This document shows positions 32,830-40,797 of a stretch of DNA of 64,000 bases, piece by piece. The stretch is from a virus: positions 32,001 to 96,000 of the IMG/VR virus record IMGVR_UViG_3300045988_096313. One strand, written 5' to 3'. Each line of letters starts with the position of its first letter. Position 1 is the first letter of the stretch. Made by a program: the position numbers and the translations under genes. The notes under the pieces are model-generated. The model saw only the letters and a list, made by a program, of their open reading frames with translations, was not told the DNA's origin and made no database searches.

Positions 32830-33660
32830 ATGGGAAAGCATTATTTACATATACGTATGGACTTGGTAAAGAAGTATACCTATGGTGCGTCATCATCAGA
32901 AGTGAAGGCGCACAAGGAGACGCTTTGCTTTGCTATTTGGTGTAAGATGCAACACAGAAATTCTGTAATATTTAACTTAACCATTAAGGATGTAAAGAAA
33001 AAACTCGGTGTAGGCTATCCAAAGGCAAGAAAATTGCTAAAGGATGTCAAGGAGGATGGACTCTTTACAGAACTTGGTAACGGGCGATTTATCGTGAATA
33101 CGTTCCGTGATAAAGAAAAGAAGACCAATAAAAAGGGCGGTCGCTTCCAAGGGGCTTATGTTTGTCGTATTCCTATTAGCAAGAACTATAAGCTAAAGGA
33201 GTTATATTCTATAGTCAACAATATTTTGTACACATCGGTTATTAGTGGTGCTCGTCAAGACTGTTTTAACGTTGGAAACAATAATTGTGCTTGGCATCAA
33301 CTAACTACTAACTCGTTTGCAAAGGTTGTGAATATGGGACATGGCTCTATATGCCGAATCAAGAAGAATCTTATCAGCAAAGGTAAGATTAAGTCCACGT
33401 ATGCGGAAATGCACATGGCAGATGATAGAAACGAGGGAGAGATGGAACGAACATTGCAAAGGTTTGGTCGTAGGAACTTTACGTTTAACGTAGGTAACTT
33501 GCACTATTTAATCATACCTTGCTCTTACTCTTTTGGAGACCGAGAGACTTCTGTTGCTATCAAGCACAGAATCTATGGTTATAAATTGAAGGGACATCGA
33601 ATGCAAATAAAGGAAAATGGCACAATAGGAAATCTACCTGATGACTTCTATGGTGGATAA
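32830..33660 (+). CDS. hypothetical protein with two winged-helix-like segments (possible replication initiator)
   Basis: TIKDVKKKLGVGYPKARKLLKDVKEDGLF and FAKVVNMGHGSICRIKKNLISKGKI. The Rep call is an inference from architecture and context only. Confidence 0.4.
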   Translation: MGKHYLHIRMDLVKKYTYGASSSEVKAHKETLCFAIWCKMQHRNSVIFNLTIKDVKKKLGVGYPKARKLLKDVKEDGLFTELGNGRFIVNTFRDKEKKTNKKGGRFQGAYVCRIPISKNYKLKELYSIVNNILYTSVISGARQDCFNVGNNNCAWHQLTTNSFAKVVNMGHGSICRIKKNLISKGKIKSTYAEMHMADDRNEGEMERTLQRFGRRNFTFNVGNLHYLIIPCSYSFGDRETSVAIKHRIYGYKLKGHRMQIKENGTIGNLPDDFYGG

Positions 33661-33772
33661 GTTCTATTTTGGACATTTTCATATTAGTAGTTAGTTGGAA
33701 TAAGTATAGGAGTCTTTAAGAGGCTAACGTGTTCCTTGACATATTACGTGTTATTATTATATATACGAGATT

Positions 33773-34963
33773 ATGAAGAAGATAGAAGAAAAGTACTTGG
33801 AATCAGAACATCAAGTTAGAGCTTATGATGTTTATCTGAGTTCATATCGTGTGAAAGGTGCAAATCGAGTGTTGGCTTGTAGTCGATTGTATGATGGTGA
33901 CAAATTCATTCGTGACAACTTCCTGGTCAACGAGCAACAAGCCGACAAAATAGAGGCTATGTTTGACTTGGTTAATAGAATGTTGGAAACTTGTAAGGAT
34001 ATAGATTTGTTTACGATTCGTGTTTCAAACAAAACTTTTGCGAATTTAGTGAAGAATGCTGACTTTGCGGAAGAGTCTAATCGCTACTTTGGCAATATAT
34101 CTAGATTCAAACGTCTGCTTGGCAAGAGGGAGGTGATAATTGTTATTCCCAATTGGTGTACCGCAAACAAAAAAGATTATGCTATTGACGAAATGGCAAA
34201 GGATTTGTATGCGAAGATACCATCTTCCCGAGTCTTTTCGGGTTTCTGTATAAAGAAAAATTGGATAGAAAAGGGCTTTATCGAAGATTTGTGGGACTTG
34301 TTATGGAAAAACGAATGGAGACAGAAAGATGGAAACTATTGTGATGATTGGCGAACATTGGCAGGTGCTTACAATTCCGTTTTGCGAACAGGCAAGAATG
34401 CAAAGTATGGCAAGGTTCAACCTAAGAAAGAAGAAACTGTTGTGGAAAGAAAAAGGCTTCTTCCAAACTATATTTGCTATACAGATGGCAGCTGCGATAA
34501 CTATTCCACCCATAAGGCAGGTGGTTCTGCGTATATTGTTGTGAATACATCTACAGGTGAACTTGAAAAGGTCAAGACACACCATTGCTTGCATACTACC
34601 AATAATAGAATGGAGATGTTAGCGATAATATCAGCCGTTAATTATTGCCCGAAAGGTTCTGTCATAGAGGTTCGAAGTGATTCCAAGTACGCATTAAAGA
34701 TGTTCCGCTATACAGATTGGGAAATAGGCGCAGATATAAAGAACACAGACTTAATCAAGTTGTATCGTAAGTGTGCAAAGGATAAGCTTGTTATTTTGAC
34801 TTGGGTAAAGGGACATAATGGTGATGATTTGAACGAGCAAGCGGATTGCTTGGCTTTTGGTGCATATGAGAAAGCATTAAAAGAGAATGGCTTACCAATG
34901 GCTCCTGAGAAGTATCGTGCTATGAGACGAGGCAAGCAGACTGTGTTTGAAACAGATAATTAA
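33773..34963 (+). CDS. RNase HI domain protein with a roughly 230-aa unknown N-terminal domain
   Basis: C-terminal CYTDGSC (D), NNRMEMLAI (E), VRSDSKYAL (D), VKGHNGDDLNEQADCLA (D), giving the RNase H DEDD set. Confidence 0.75.
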   Translation: MKKIEEKYLESEHQVRAYDVYLSSYRVKGANRVLACSRLYDGDKFIRDNFLVNEQQADKIEAMFDLVNRMLETCKDIDLFTIRVSNKTFANLVKNADFAEESNRYFGNISRFKRLLGKREVIIVIPNWCTANKKDYAIDEMAKDLYAKIPSSRVFSGFCIKKNWIEKGFIEDLWDLLWKNEWRQKDGNYCDDWRTLAGAYNSVLRTGKNAKYGKVQPKKEETVVERKRLLPNYICYTDGSCDNYSTHKAGGSAYIVVNTSTGELEKVKTHHCLHTTNNRMEMLAIISAVNYCPKGSVIEVRSDSKYALKMFRYTDWEIGADIKNTDLIKLYRKCAKDKLVILTWVKGHNGDDLNEQADCLAFGAYEKALKENGLPMAPEKYRAMRRGKQTVFETDN

Positions 34964-34981
34964 AGAAAAATTTGATTTATT

Positions 34982-35332
34982 ATGAAAGAGTTAAGTTTTG
35001 ATAAGCTATACGTAAATTTTAGCAATTTATATTGTGAGTATCGTAGTAGAAAGCAATTCTTGAAGTGGTTGAAATCCTCAAAGAATCTTTCTGAAGAGTT
35101 GTTTGAAGTAACGCCAAGTGAAGGTGGTTCGTTTGATGTTGTGTTGTCTTTTGAAGAGATAAAGGATGTATTCCCGATTATGGAGAATTCATTGCCTAAG
35201 TACGAAAACGATATAAAGCAAGTTCTTTTGGCTATAAAGGAAATGGGACAGCTTGAAGTTGCAAAGATATGGCATGAGGATGATTGGGGTGATGGCTTTG
35301 TAGAGGATTTTTGTAAAACACATGATATTTAA
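34982..35332 (+). CDS. hypothetical protein (116 aa)
   Basis: Intact ORF whose stop overlaps the MTase start. Confidence 0.5.
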   Translation: MKELSFDKLYVNFSNLYCEYRSRKQFLKWLKSSKNLSEELFEVTPSEGGSFDVVLSFEEIKDVFPIMENSLPKYENDIKQVLLAIKEMGQLEVAKIWHEDDWGDGFVEDFCKTHDI

Positions 35333-36381
35333 TGAGGATACGGACGTTTGAACTTTGTGCCGGATATGACTCTCAACTGATGGCTTTAGAGCGGTTGAAG
35401 AAGAAATATTCTGATTTCGATTACGAGTGCATCGGCTGGTCGGAGATAGAGCCAAGTGCAATAGCCTTGCATAATGCTTGTTTTCCTAGTCTATCCTGCA
35501 AGAATTTCGGTGATATGACAAAGATAGATTGGAGCAAGGTTGAAGACTTTGACTTGCTGACATATTCAACACCTTGCCAGTCCATTTCGCAAGCCGGAAA
35601 GCAGAAAGGAATAGAGGAGGGGAGTAACACCCGTTCCTCTATCCTTTGGCTTACAAGAAACGCCATTATTACCACGAGACCGAAATACCTCTTGATGGAG
35701 AATGTTGAGGCTTTGGTTCAAACAAAGTTCATCGGGTTCTTCAATAAGTGGCGTAAGGAGTTGGAATCCTATGGATATGTCAACTATGCTAAGGTGATAA
35801 ATGCAGCCGATTGTGGTGTTCCTCAGAACAGAAAGCGTGTCTTTATGCTCTCTATACGAAATGATGGAGAAAAGACCGATTATCACTTTCCGAGAAAGAT
35901 AAAGCTGGAGAAACACTTAGTTGATGTCTTGGAGGAAAATGTGGACGAGAAGTACTTTTTGAGCGATGCCCTGCTATGTAAAGAGAAGTTTGTGTCAAAT
36001 GAAAGGAAAGAGCCTATGAGTGCAGCTATAAGAACTCGTTCTGAGGGGAAGTGGATAAAAGGCGAAATGCATAGTCCAAAGGTCGAGCTTGGAAAGAATA
36101 TAGCCAATACCATTACATCTGCGAGCAAGGACTCCTTGGTTGTGCTTGGAGAGACAAGGTTGCGCATTAGGCGTTTGACTCCGAGAGAACTCTTCCGCTT
36201 AATGAACGTTGACGAAGAATACATAGACAAGATGCTTGAAAGTGGAGTGTCGAAGTCAAGTCTTCAAAAGGCAGCTGGAAATTCGATTGTCGTAGCTTGC
36301 ATGGAAAGGATATTAGAGGAACTTTGGTTTAATAGCAAAGAGTTCGACGTTTCCGATGACGGACAATTATATATATTTTAG
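35332..36381 (+). CDS. DNA (cytosine-5)-methyltransferase
   Basis: FELCAGYDS (motif I-like), TYSTPCQSISQAGK (PCQ, motif IV), LLMENV (motif VI), QNRKRVF (motif VIII), GNSIVV (motif X). Confidence 0.85.
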   Translation: MRIRTFELCAGYDSQLMALERLKKKYSDFDYECIGWSEIEPSAIALHNACFPSLSCKNFGDMTKIDWSKVEDFDLLTYSTPCQSISQAGKQKGIEEGSNTRSSILWLTRNAIITTRPKYLLMENVEALVQTKFIGFFNKWRKELESYGYVNYAKVINAADCGVPQNRKRVFMLSIRNDGEKTDYHFPRKIKLEKHLVDVLEENVDEKYFLSDALLCKEKFVSNERKEPMSAAIRTRSEGKWIKGEMHSPKVELGKNIANTITSASKDSLVVLGETRLRIRRLTPRELFRLMNVDEEYIDKMLESGVSKSSLQKAAGNSIVVACMERILEELWFNSKEFDVSDDGQLYIF

Positions 36382-36401
36382 CATATGTTTATAAGGGTAG
36401 C

Positions 36402-36509
36402 CATATTATCGTGGATTGCAAGCGGTTCGATTCTGACATCTTTTTCCGCAAGGATGCTTGTCAATGGATTCAGATGCAACCTAAAGAAATGCTATCAATG
36501 GTAGCGTAA
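36402..36509 (+). pseudogene. 3' fragment of an LVPLTK-family gene
   Basis: Encodes ..IIVDCKRFDSDIFFRKDACQWIQMQPKEMLSMVA*. The last 81 nt differ at only 3 positions from the 3' end of 62782..63081 (reverse complement). No N-terminal part is present. Confidence 0.75.
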
Positions 36510-36576
36510 AGAAACAAGGTATAATTTTTCGGTGAAAGTTCTTGCCAATTCCCTTGCATATATGAAGAAATTTTCG

Positions 36577-36584
36577 TATCTTTG
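36577..36584 (+). promoter_or_regulatory. -7 promoter box TATCTTTG upstream of tnpB
   Basis: Matches TAnnTTTG. The upstream TTGCATAT resembles the promoter modules at 39.06 kb and 44.24 kb. Confidence 0.55.
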
Positions 36585-36596
36585 CAAGTGGATTTC

Positions 36597-36621
36597 GGTG
36601 AGACACACCTTTCAAAAACTG
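36597..36621 (+). promoter_or_regulatory. conserved hairpin-box copy 4
   Basis: GGTGAGACACACC-TTTCAAAAACTG. Lies 12 nt after the -7 box and ends 16 nt before the tnpB ATG. Confidence 0.6.
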
Positions 36622-36637
36622 TTTAAAATTTAGGGAT

Positions 36638-37774
36638 ATGATTTCATACAAGTATAAGCTATATCGGACAAAGAAGACGAAGCATTTGGATAAGATGCTC
36701 CGAGAGGCTTGCTATGTTTGGAATCATGCGCTTGCCTTGCAGATGAGGTACTATAAGCTGTACCACAAGTATATTCCAAAATTTACGATGTTTAAGCATT
36801 TCTCTAAGCGATATAAGCCAATATTGCTTAACGGTCATACCATTAGAGAAATTTTAGAGCGTTTGGATATAGCTTACCAACGTTTCTTCAAACACGATGC
36901 GAAGCGTCCACCGAAATTCAAAAAGGCATCTGAGTTTTGCTCATTTGTTTTTACTGATTGTGGTTATTCTCTTAGTGGAAATGAGTTGGCGATAAACAAG
37001 ATTAAGAAGTCCTTCAAGTTCTTTCTGAGCCGTTCCTACGATGGCAAGGTCAAGAGGGTGTCAGTTAAGCGCAACAAGTTGGGCGAGTACTTCATTATCC
37101 TTTGCTTAGATAAAGAAGCCAGACCTTACGGAAAGTCACACGATGGTGCATCCGTTGGCATCGACTTTGGATTGAAGAAGTACCTGACTTTGAGCGATGG
37201 GCGTGAGATTGATAATCCTCAGTTCCTTAAAGCTGACTTGCAGGAGCTTAGGCGCAGGTCTCGCAACTTCTCGAAGTGCAAGAAGGGCAGCAACAACCGC
37301 AAACGAAAGAAGCTGGAGTTGGAGCGATTGTATCGAAACATCGTGAACAAGCGTTCCGATTTTCAGTGGAAGTTGGCGCATGAGTTGTGCAAGCGTTATG
37401 ACTTGATTTGCTTGGAGGATTTGAACTTGGAGGGAATGATAAAGCGTTGGGGACGCAAGATGTCTGACTTGGCTCATGGCGATTTCGTTGTGAAGTTGGA
37501 GCACGTAGCGAAGAAGTATGGCGTTCAGGTTCATAAGATAGACCGCTTCTTCCCTTCGAGCCGTCTCTGTACCTGTGGTTACAAGAATGATAAGCTGTCA
37601 TTGAGTGATAGGATTTGGACTTGTCCTAGTTGTGGTGCAGTTCATCCTAGAGACCTCTTCGCAGCTGAGAATATACTTCGGCAGGGCATTGCCGAATTGG
37701 GGAGTGGTAGTAAGTCACCCAAGCACTCGCAAGGGCGCAGCCACGTTAGCCACCCAACAATTCCTTGCAAATAA
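36638..37774 (+). CDS. tnpB: TnpB (OrfB) RNA-guided RuvC nuclease
   Basis: Typical N-terminus MISYKYKLYRTKKT. RuvC triad candidates VGIDFGLKK (D), ICLEDLNL (E), HPRDLFAAENI (D). Zinc ribbon CTCG...CPSCG. Confidence 0.85.
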   Translation: MISYKYKLYRTKKTKHLDKMLREACYVWNHALALQMRYYKLYHKYIPKFTMFKHFSKRYKPILLNGHTIREILERLDIAYQRFFKHDAKRPPKFKKASEFCSFVFTDCGYSLSGNELAINKIKKSFKFFLSRSYDGKVKRVSVKRNKLGEYFIILCLDKEARPYGKSHDGASVGIDFGLKKYLTLSDGREIDNPQFLKADLQELRRRSRNFSKCKKGSNNRKRKKLELERLYRNIVNKRSDFQWKLAHELCKRYDLICLEDLNLEGMIKRWGRKMSDLAHGDFVVKLEHVAKKYGVQVHKIDRFFPSSRLCTCGYKNDKLSLSDRIWTCPSCGAVHPRDLFAAENILRQGIAELGSGSKSPKHSQGRSHVSHPTIPCK

Positions 37775-37785
37775 GCAAGGAAGTA
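37560..37785 (+). ncRNA. predicted omega/reRNA scaffold region of TnpB (position inferred, not demonstrated)
   Basis: In characterised TnpB systems the guide RNA scaffold overlaps the tnpB 3' end. An 8-bp hairpin TTCCTTGC/GCAAGGAA (37761..37782) spans the stop codon. Confidence 0.3.
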
Positions 37786-38087
37786 TGCCAACAGCTATGT
37801 TTATTTTAAATATTGATGATATGATGTTTTTGAATAATAAAGAGAAAAAGGAGAAAGCAAATGCTATCTCATACAAGATAGAGGAGTACATCTGGGGACG
37901 TAAGGATTTCGTTACCGACTGCCCCTATGGAGAGAAAGGCAGATATACCAACGCCATTAATAAGGTTGGTGATTTGGGATGTAACACTTGCAAATGGCAG
38001 GTAAGGCATAGCCCAAGAGCGCAAGTTGTGACGTGCTCCCATCCAAAGGAGGAGAATTGCGAGGTTAAGAAACAGTTTAAGGATTAA
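37785..38087 (+). CDS. hypothetical Cys-containing protein (100 aa)
   Basis: Start moved to ATG 37785, 3 nt after the hairpin. The longer ORF-track version overlaps tnpB out of frame. Confidence 0.45.
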   Translation: MPTAMFILNIDDMMFLNNKEKKEKANAISYKIEEYIWGRKDFVTDCPYGEKGRYTNAINKVGDLGCNTCKWQVRHSPRAQVVTCSHPKEENCEVKKQFKD

Positions 38088-38500
38088 TGATTATGGATAA
38101 AGAAAAGTTAAAGAAAGATTACGAGAATGCTTGTAATGCTTATTTGAAGGCATTTTGTGAGAAGCATGAGTTTTACGGATTAGATAATCCGGAGACATTT
38201 TGGATAGGAGACCAAGTTGGAGGAATAGCCAATTGCGGTGATTTTACCTTCGATATGGCTACTATTGTAACTGATATAGACAAGGAGGCTCCAGAGGAAG
38301 AGTTGTTGAAATGGTATGACTATACGATTGAAGCCAGTGACTTCAATTTACCTGTTCCAAACTTCGACCATTGGCTGATGGGATGTCCTATAACACCAAG
38401 TAAATGGTTTGAGAATATGCGAGCAAAGCGCAAGGAGTTTGAGGACTTGTTGAAACAAGAAAACGAAAGACTGAAAAATGGAAAAGAGCAATCTTTATAA
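38087..38500 (+). CDS. hypothetical protein (137 aa)
   Basis: TAATG overlap with the upstream gene. Confidence 0.5.
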   Translation: MIMDKEKLKKDYENACNAYLKAFCEKHEFYGLDNPETFWIGDQVGGIANCGDFTFDMATIVTDIDKEAPEEELLKWYDYTIEASDFNLPVPNFDHWLMGCPITPSKWFENMRAKRKEFEDLLKQENERLKNGKEQSL

Positions 38501-38756
38501 TCATTTGCAAAGGCTCTTTGATGAGGGGCTCTGCATGAAGACTACCGAACTTGAATTCGGTACACTTGAAGTAACGGTTGAGAATCGAAGCCAAGACAAG
38601 AAAATCACATTCTTAGCAAATGGTATAGAGGATGCAAAGCAGAAAGCCATGGAGTGGCAAGTTGGTCAGATGCTGCTGAATTCCGAAGATTTCGAGGAGG
38701 TTGTTATGTTCTTGGCTCAAAGAAAGAAACTTAAAAAGGAAATGTCAAATGGATAA
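38478..38756 (+). CDS. hypothetical protein (92 aa)
   Basis: Intact ORF overlapping the upstream gene. Confidence 0.5.
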   Translation: MEKSNLYNHLQRLFDEGLCMKTTELEFGTLEVTVENRSQDKKITFLANGIEDAKQKAMEWQVGQMLLNSEDFEEVVMFLAQRKKLKKEMSNG

Positions 38757-38910
38757 GAATTTTAGAAGTTGTTTTTGTTGCGTCCATTTCTTGGAAATAC
38801 AAAATACAAGTACAGGAAACGTTTTGAAATGCAAGAAGGGTAGCACTACGAAAGTGCAAGGGAAGCGACTGACAGAAATCGCTGCAAGATGCAGAAATTA
38901 TAAAGCGTGA
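38749..38910 (+). CDS. small Cys-rich protein (53 aa)
   Basis: MDKNFRSCFCCVHF...C..C. Start chosen at the ATG overlapping the previous stop. Confidence 0.4.
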   Translation: MDKNFRSCFCCVHFLEIQNTSTGNVLKCKKGSTTKVQGKRLTEIAARCRNYKA

Positions 38911-38928
38911 GCCACACGTTAAAAACTG
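38906..38928 (+). promoter_or_regulatory. conserved hairpin-box copy 5 (variant CGTG-AGCCA-CACG)
   Basis: CGTGAGCCACACG-TTAAAAACTG overlapping the stop of the previous gene. It is followed after 12 nt by only an 8-codon ORF. Confidence 0.5.
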
Positions 38929-39084
38929 ACTTTGATTAATATGGTTACAAAAACTTTCAATTGTTAGAACGCATAAAATGCAAAAATCTACTAAATGAAT
39001 GGTTGTATTAATGTTTAAAGATTAAAATACTTTAAACGTGTACATAAACACATTAAATAATTTGCATATTTCGATATTAGTTTG

Positions 39085-39092
39085 TATCTTTG
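39085..39092 (+). promoter_or_regulatory. -7 promoter box TATCTTTG with TTTG 24 nt upstream
   Basis: Matches TAnnTTTG. A candidate -33 TTTG lies at 39061. Confidence 0.6.
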
Positions 39093-39129
39093 CACTGTAA
39101 TTAAGAGACAAAGATTACTAATTTGAAAA

Positions 39130-39152
39130 GGTGAGACACACCATAAAAACTG
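39130..39152 (+). promoter_or_regulatory. conserved hairpin-box copy 6
   Basis: GGTGAGACACACC-ATAAAAACTG, ending 6 nt before ATG 39159. Confidence 0.6.
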
Positions 39153-39158
39153 GTGATA

Positions 39159-39467
39159 ATGACAAAGAAAGAAATTTTAAAACAATGGCTTGAAGAACCA
39201 AAAGTGAAATATTGTGGCAATTCAAATTTCACATTAGGTTATGGTGATGGTTGGGATTGGGTTAAAGATACCCTACGACCAACTATCACGAAGAATGCGA
39301 TGTTCCTTAGACTCTTGGAGCATGTTTTCCGTGAGATAGAAGAATTTCTTAAGCCCAAGTCTGGGAAACCGAGCGAAGAGGATTGTACCTTGTATTCTGT
39401 TGGATACAAAGATGGAGTCAAGGATGCTATAATAGCAATAAAGAATAGATTTGAAATATATAAATAG
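39159..39467 (+). CDS. hypothetical protein (102 aa)
   Basis: First gene after the promoter-box module. ATG 39159 preferred over GTG 39153. Confidence 0.5.
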   Translation: MTKKEILKQWLEEPKVKYCGNSNFTLGYGDGWDWVKDTLRPTITKNAMFLRLLEHVFREIEEFLKPKSGKPSEEDCTLYSVGYKDGVKDAIIAIKNRFEIYK

Positions 39468-39476
39468 GAGGTTTTA

Positions 39477-39767
39477 ATGGATTTAGGTAAGGCGATTAAG
39501 ACAATTAGGGTAAGCAAGGGCTTGACCCAACGACAACTGGCTATGGCTATCGGTTGTAGTGAGACGAATATGTTGTTTATGGAGACCGGAAGAACGTTTC
39601 CACGTAAGAGTAAGATAGATGCAATATGCAAGGTGTTGGGGATTCCGGTGTCCTATTTGTTAATGTTCTCAATTACACAGGATGATATTCCTGAAGGCAA
39701 GCAGAGTTTGTACACAAGCATCGTTGAGCCGATGCGTAACGAATTTACTAGGGAGTTACTGCGATGA
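39477..39767 (+). CDS. XRE-family HTH transcriptional regulator
   Basis: IRVSKGLTQRQLAMAIGCSETNMLFMETGRTFP matches the Cro/C1-type HTH. Confidence 0.7.
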   Translation: MDLGKAIKTIRVSKGLTQRQLAMAIGCSETNMLFMETGRTFPRKSKIDAICKVLGIPVSYLLMFSITQDDIPEGKQSLYTSIVEPMRNEFTRELLR

Positions 39768-39994
39768 AAAGATACTTTTATTTTTCCGCAAGATTCATCA
39801 AGGATGGACGTATGAGGTATTCCGCCGGAATATCGGAATCAGATGATGGATATTTTGATTTTGTTAAGACCACAAAGGATATTGCACAAGAAGAAGGGGT
39901 TGATGTCAAAAATATTATTATAGTTTTTTGGACAGAGACCAATTCTATTATGAAGGATAAGTTTGAAGCTTTAAAAGAAGAGGAAAATTGGTAG
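39764..39994 (+). CDS. hypothetical protein (76 aa)
   Basis: ATGA overlap with the upstream gene. Confidence 0.5.
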   Translation: MKRYFYFSARFIKDGRMRYSAGISESDDGYFDFVKTTKDIAQEEGVDVKNIIIVFWTETNSIMKDKFEALKEEENW

Positions 39995-40176
39995 AATTTT
40001 ACTTTGAAGGGAATATCATTTGGAAAAATTACGACTTCCATTTCATGCCTTGTGTTGGAGATAAGGTCGTAATAAACAATCTTACATATAAAATTAAGAC
40101 TCGTGTGTTCAAGTGTGATGGGAAGACAGTTAAAGTTGTTTTAAAAAAGGTAGATAATGAAATTACGAATAGTTAA
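39988..40176 (+). CDS. hypothetical protein (62 aa)
   Basis: Overlapping ORF in the same-strand array. Confidence 0.45.
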   Translation: MVEFYFEGNIIWKNYDFHFMPCVGDKVVINNLTYKIKTRVFKCDGKTVKVVLKKVDNEITNS

Positions 40177-40498
40177 ACATGTTTGTACCGATGGAGTAGA
40201 AAGAGGTATTTTGGAGTACCGCAATCATTGGTGGGAGAAATGGATGCCATTACATCAAGACGGCAAGCTGGCTTATGTTGCGTTTATGGGAACGAAACCA
40301 TATAAGTCATTGCAGGAAGAGTGCTTTGATGTACTTGGATTGAATGAAGAGCAGATAAATGTTCGTGAACAGATGTTCCGCTATATCTTGGATGCAAAAG
40401 AGGTATATGTTGGTGCTAGAATAGGCAACGAATATCATATCGGCTATGATGTTGATAATGATGAGAGTCTTGAAACGCTTAGAAATTTGGAGGACTAG
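40157..40498 (+). CDS. hypothetical protein (113 aa)
   Basis: Intact ORF in the same-strand array. Confidence 0.5.
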   Translation: MKLRIVKHVCTDGVERGILEYRNHWWEKWMPLHQDGKLAYVAFMGTKPYKSLQEECFDVLGLNEEQINVREQMFRYILDAKEVYVGARIGNEYHIGYDVDNDESLETLRNLED

Positions 40499-40500
40499 TT

Positions 40501-40797
40501 ATGTTCGTAAAGATTTTTTCGGTTAAGACCGATATTGTTTATCGTAGAGAGGAGAGCTTGAATCTCTTCGAAGGCAAGAAGAAACTTGATAAGGTGGTGT
40601 CAGGTCGGGTATTCAAGGAACAAATCAAGTTGCTTGGTTTTACCATCAGGACAAAGTATTATTATCAGATTTGTTGTCCGCAAGTCAATATGAATGATAC
40701 CCATGAGGTTATCGTATTGAATAAGGTCGAGGATTTGGTAAGAACGGGGTGCTATAACAAGGTTGTTGAATATTCTGTTAGAAAACATCATGCCTAG
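40501..40797 (+). CDS. hypothetical protein (98 aa)
   Basis: Intact ORF in the same-strand array. Confidence 0.5.
   Translation: MFVKIFSVKTDIVYRREESLNLFEGKKKLDKVVSGRVFKEQIKLLGFTIRTKYYYQICCPQVNMNDTHEVIVLNKVEDLVRTGCYNKVVEYSVRKHHA

Larger units (their letters stand above)
36622..37785 (+). mobile_element. TnpB-only IS200/IS605-family (IS1341-like) element or remnant; boundaries not defined
   Basis: The tnpB ORF is intact, but there is no tnpA in the window and no room for a left end between the box and the ATG. Confidence 0.5.
39050..39152 (+). repeat. promoter-leader module, copy A (about 100 bp, duplicated at 44227..44328)
   Basis: ACATTAAATAATTTGCATATTTCG ... TATCTTTGCA ... TTAAGAGACAAAGATTACTAATTT ... 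GGTGAGACACACCATAAAAACTG. Confidence 0.8.

Noticed and set aside
37136-37601. Minus-strand ORFs of 117-132 aa within tnpB.
   Set aside because: They are shadow ORFs in a GC-richer gene. tnpB has a complete set of catalytic motifs on the plus strand.
39013-39037. AT-rich 8-bp hairpin GTTTAAAG-N9-CTTTAAAC as the terminator of the 36.6-38.9 kb operon.
   Set aside because: No U tract follows it and the stem is entirely AT-rich. It may still act as a weak terminator, but I cannot support the call.
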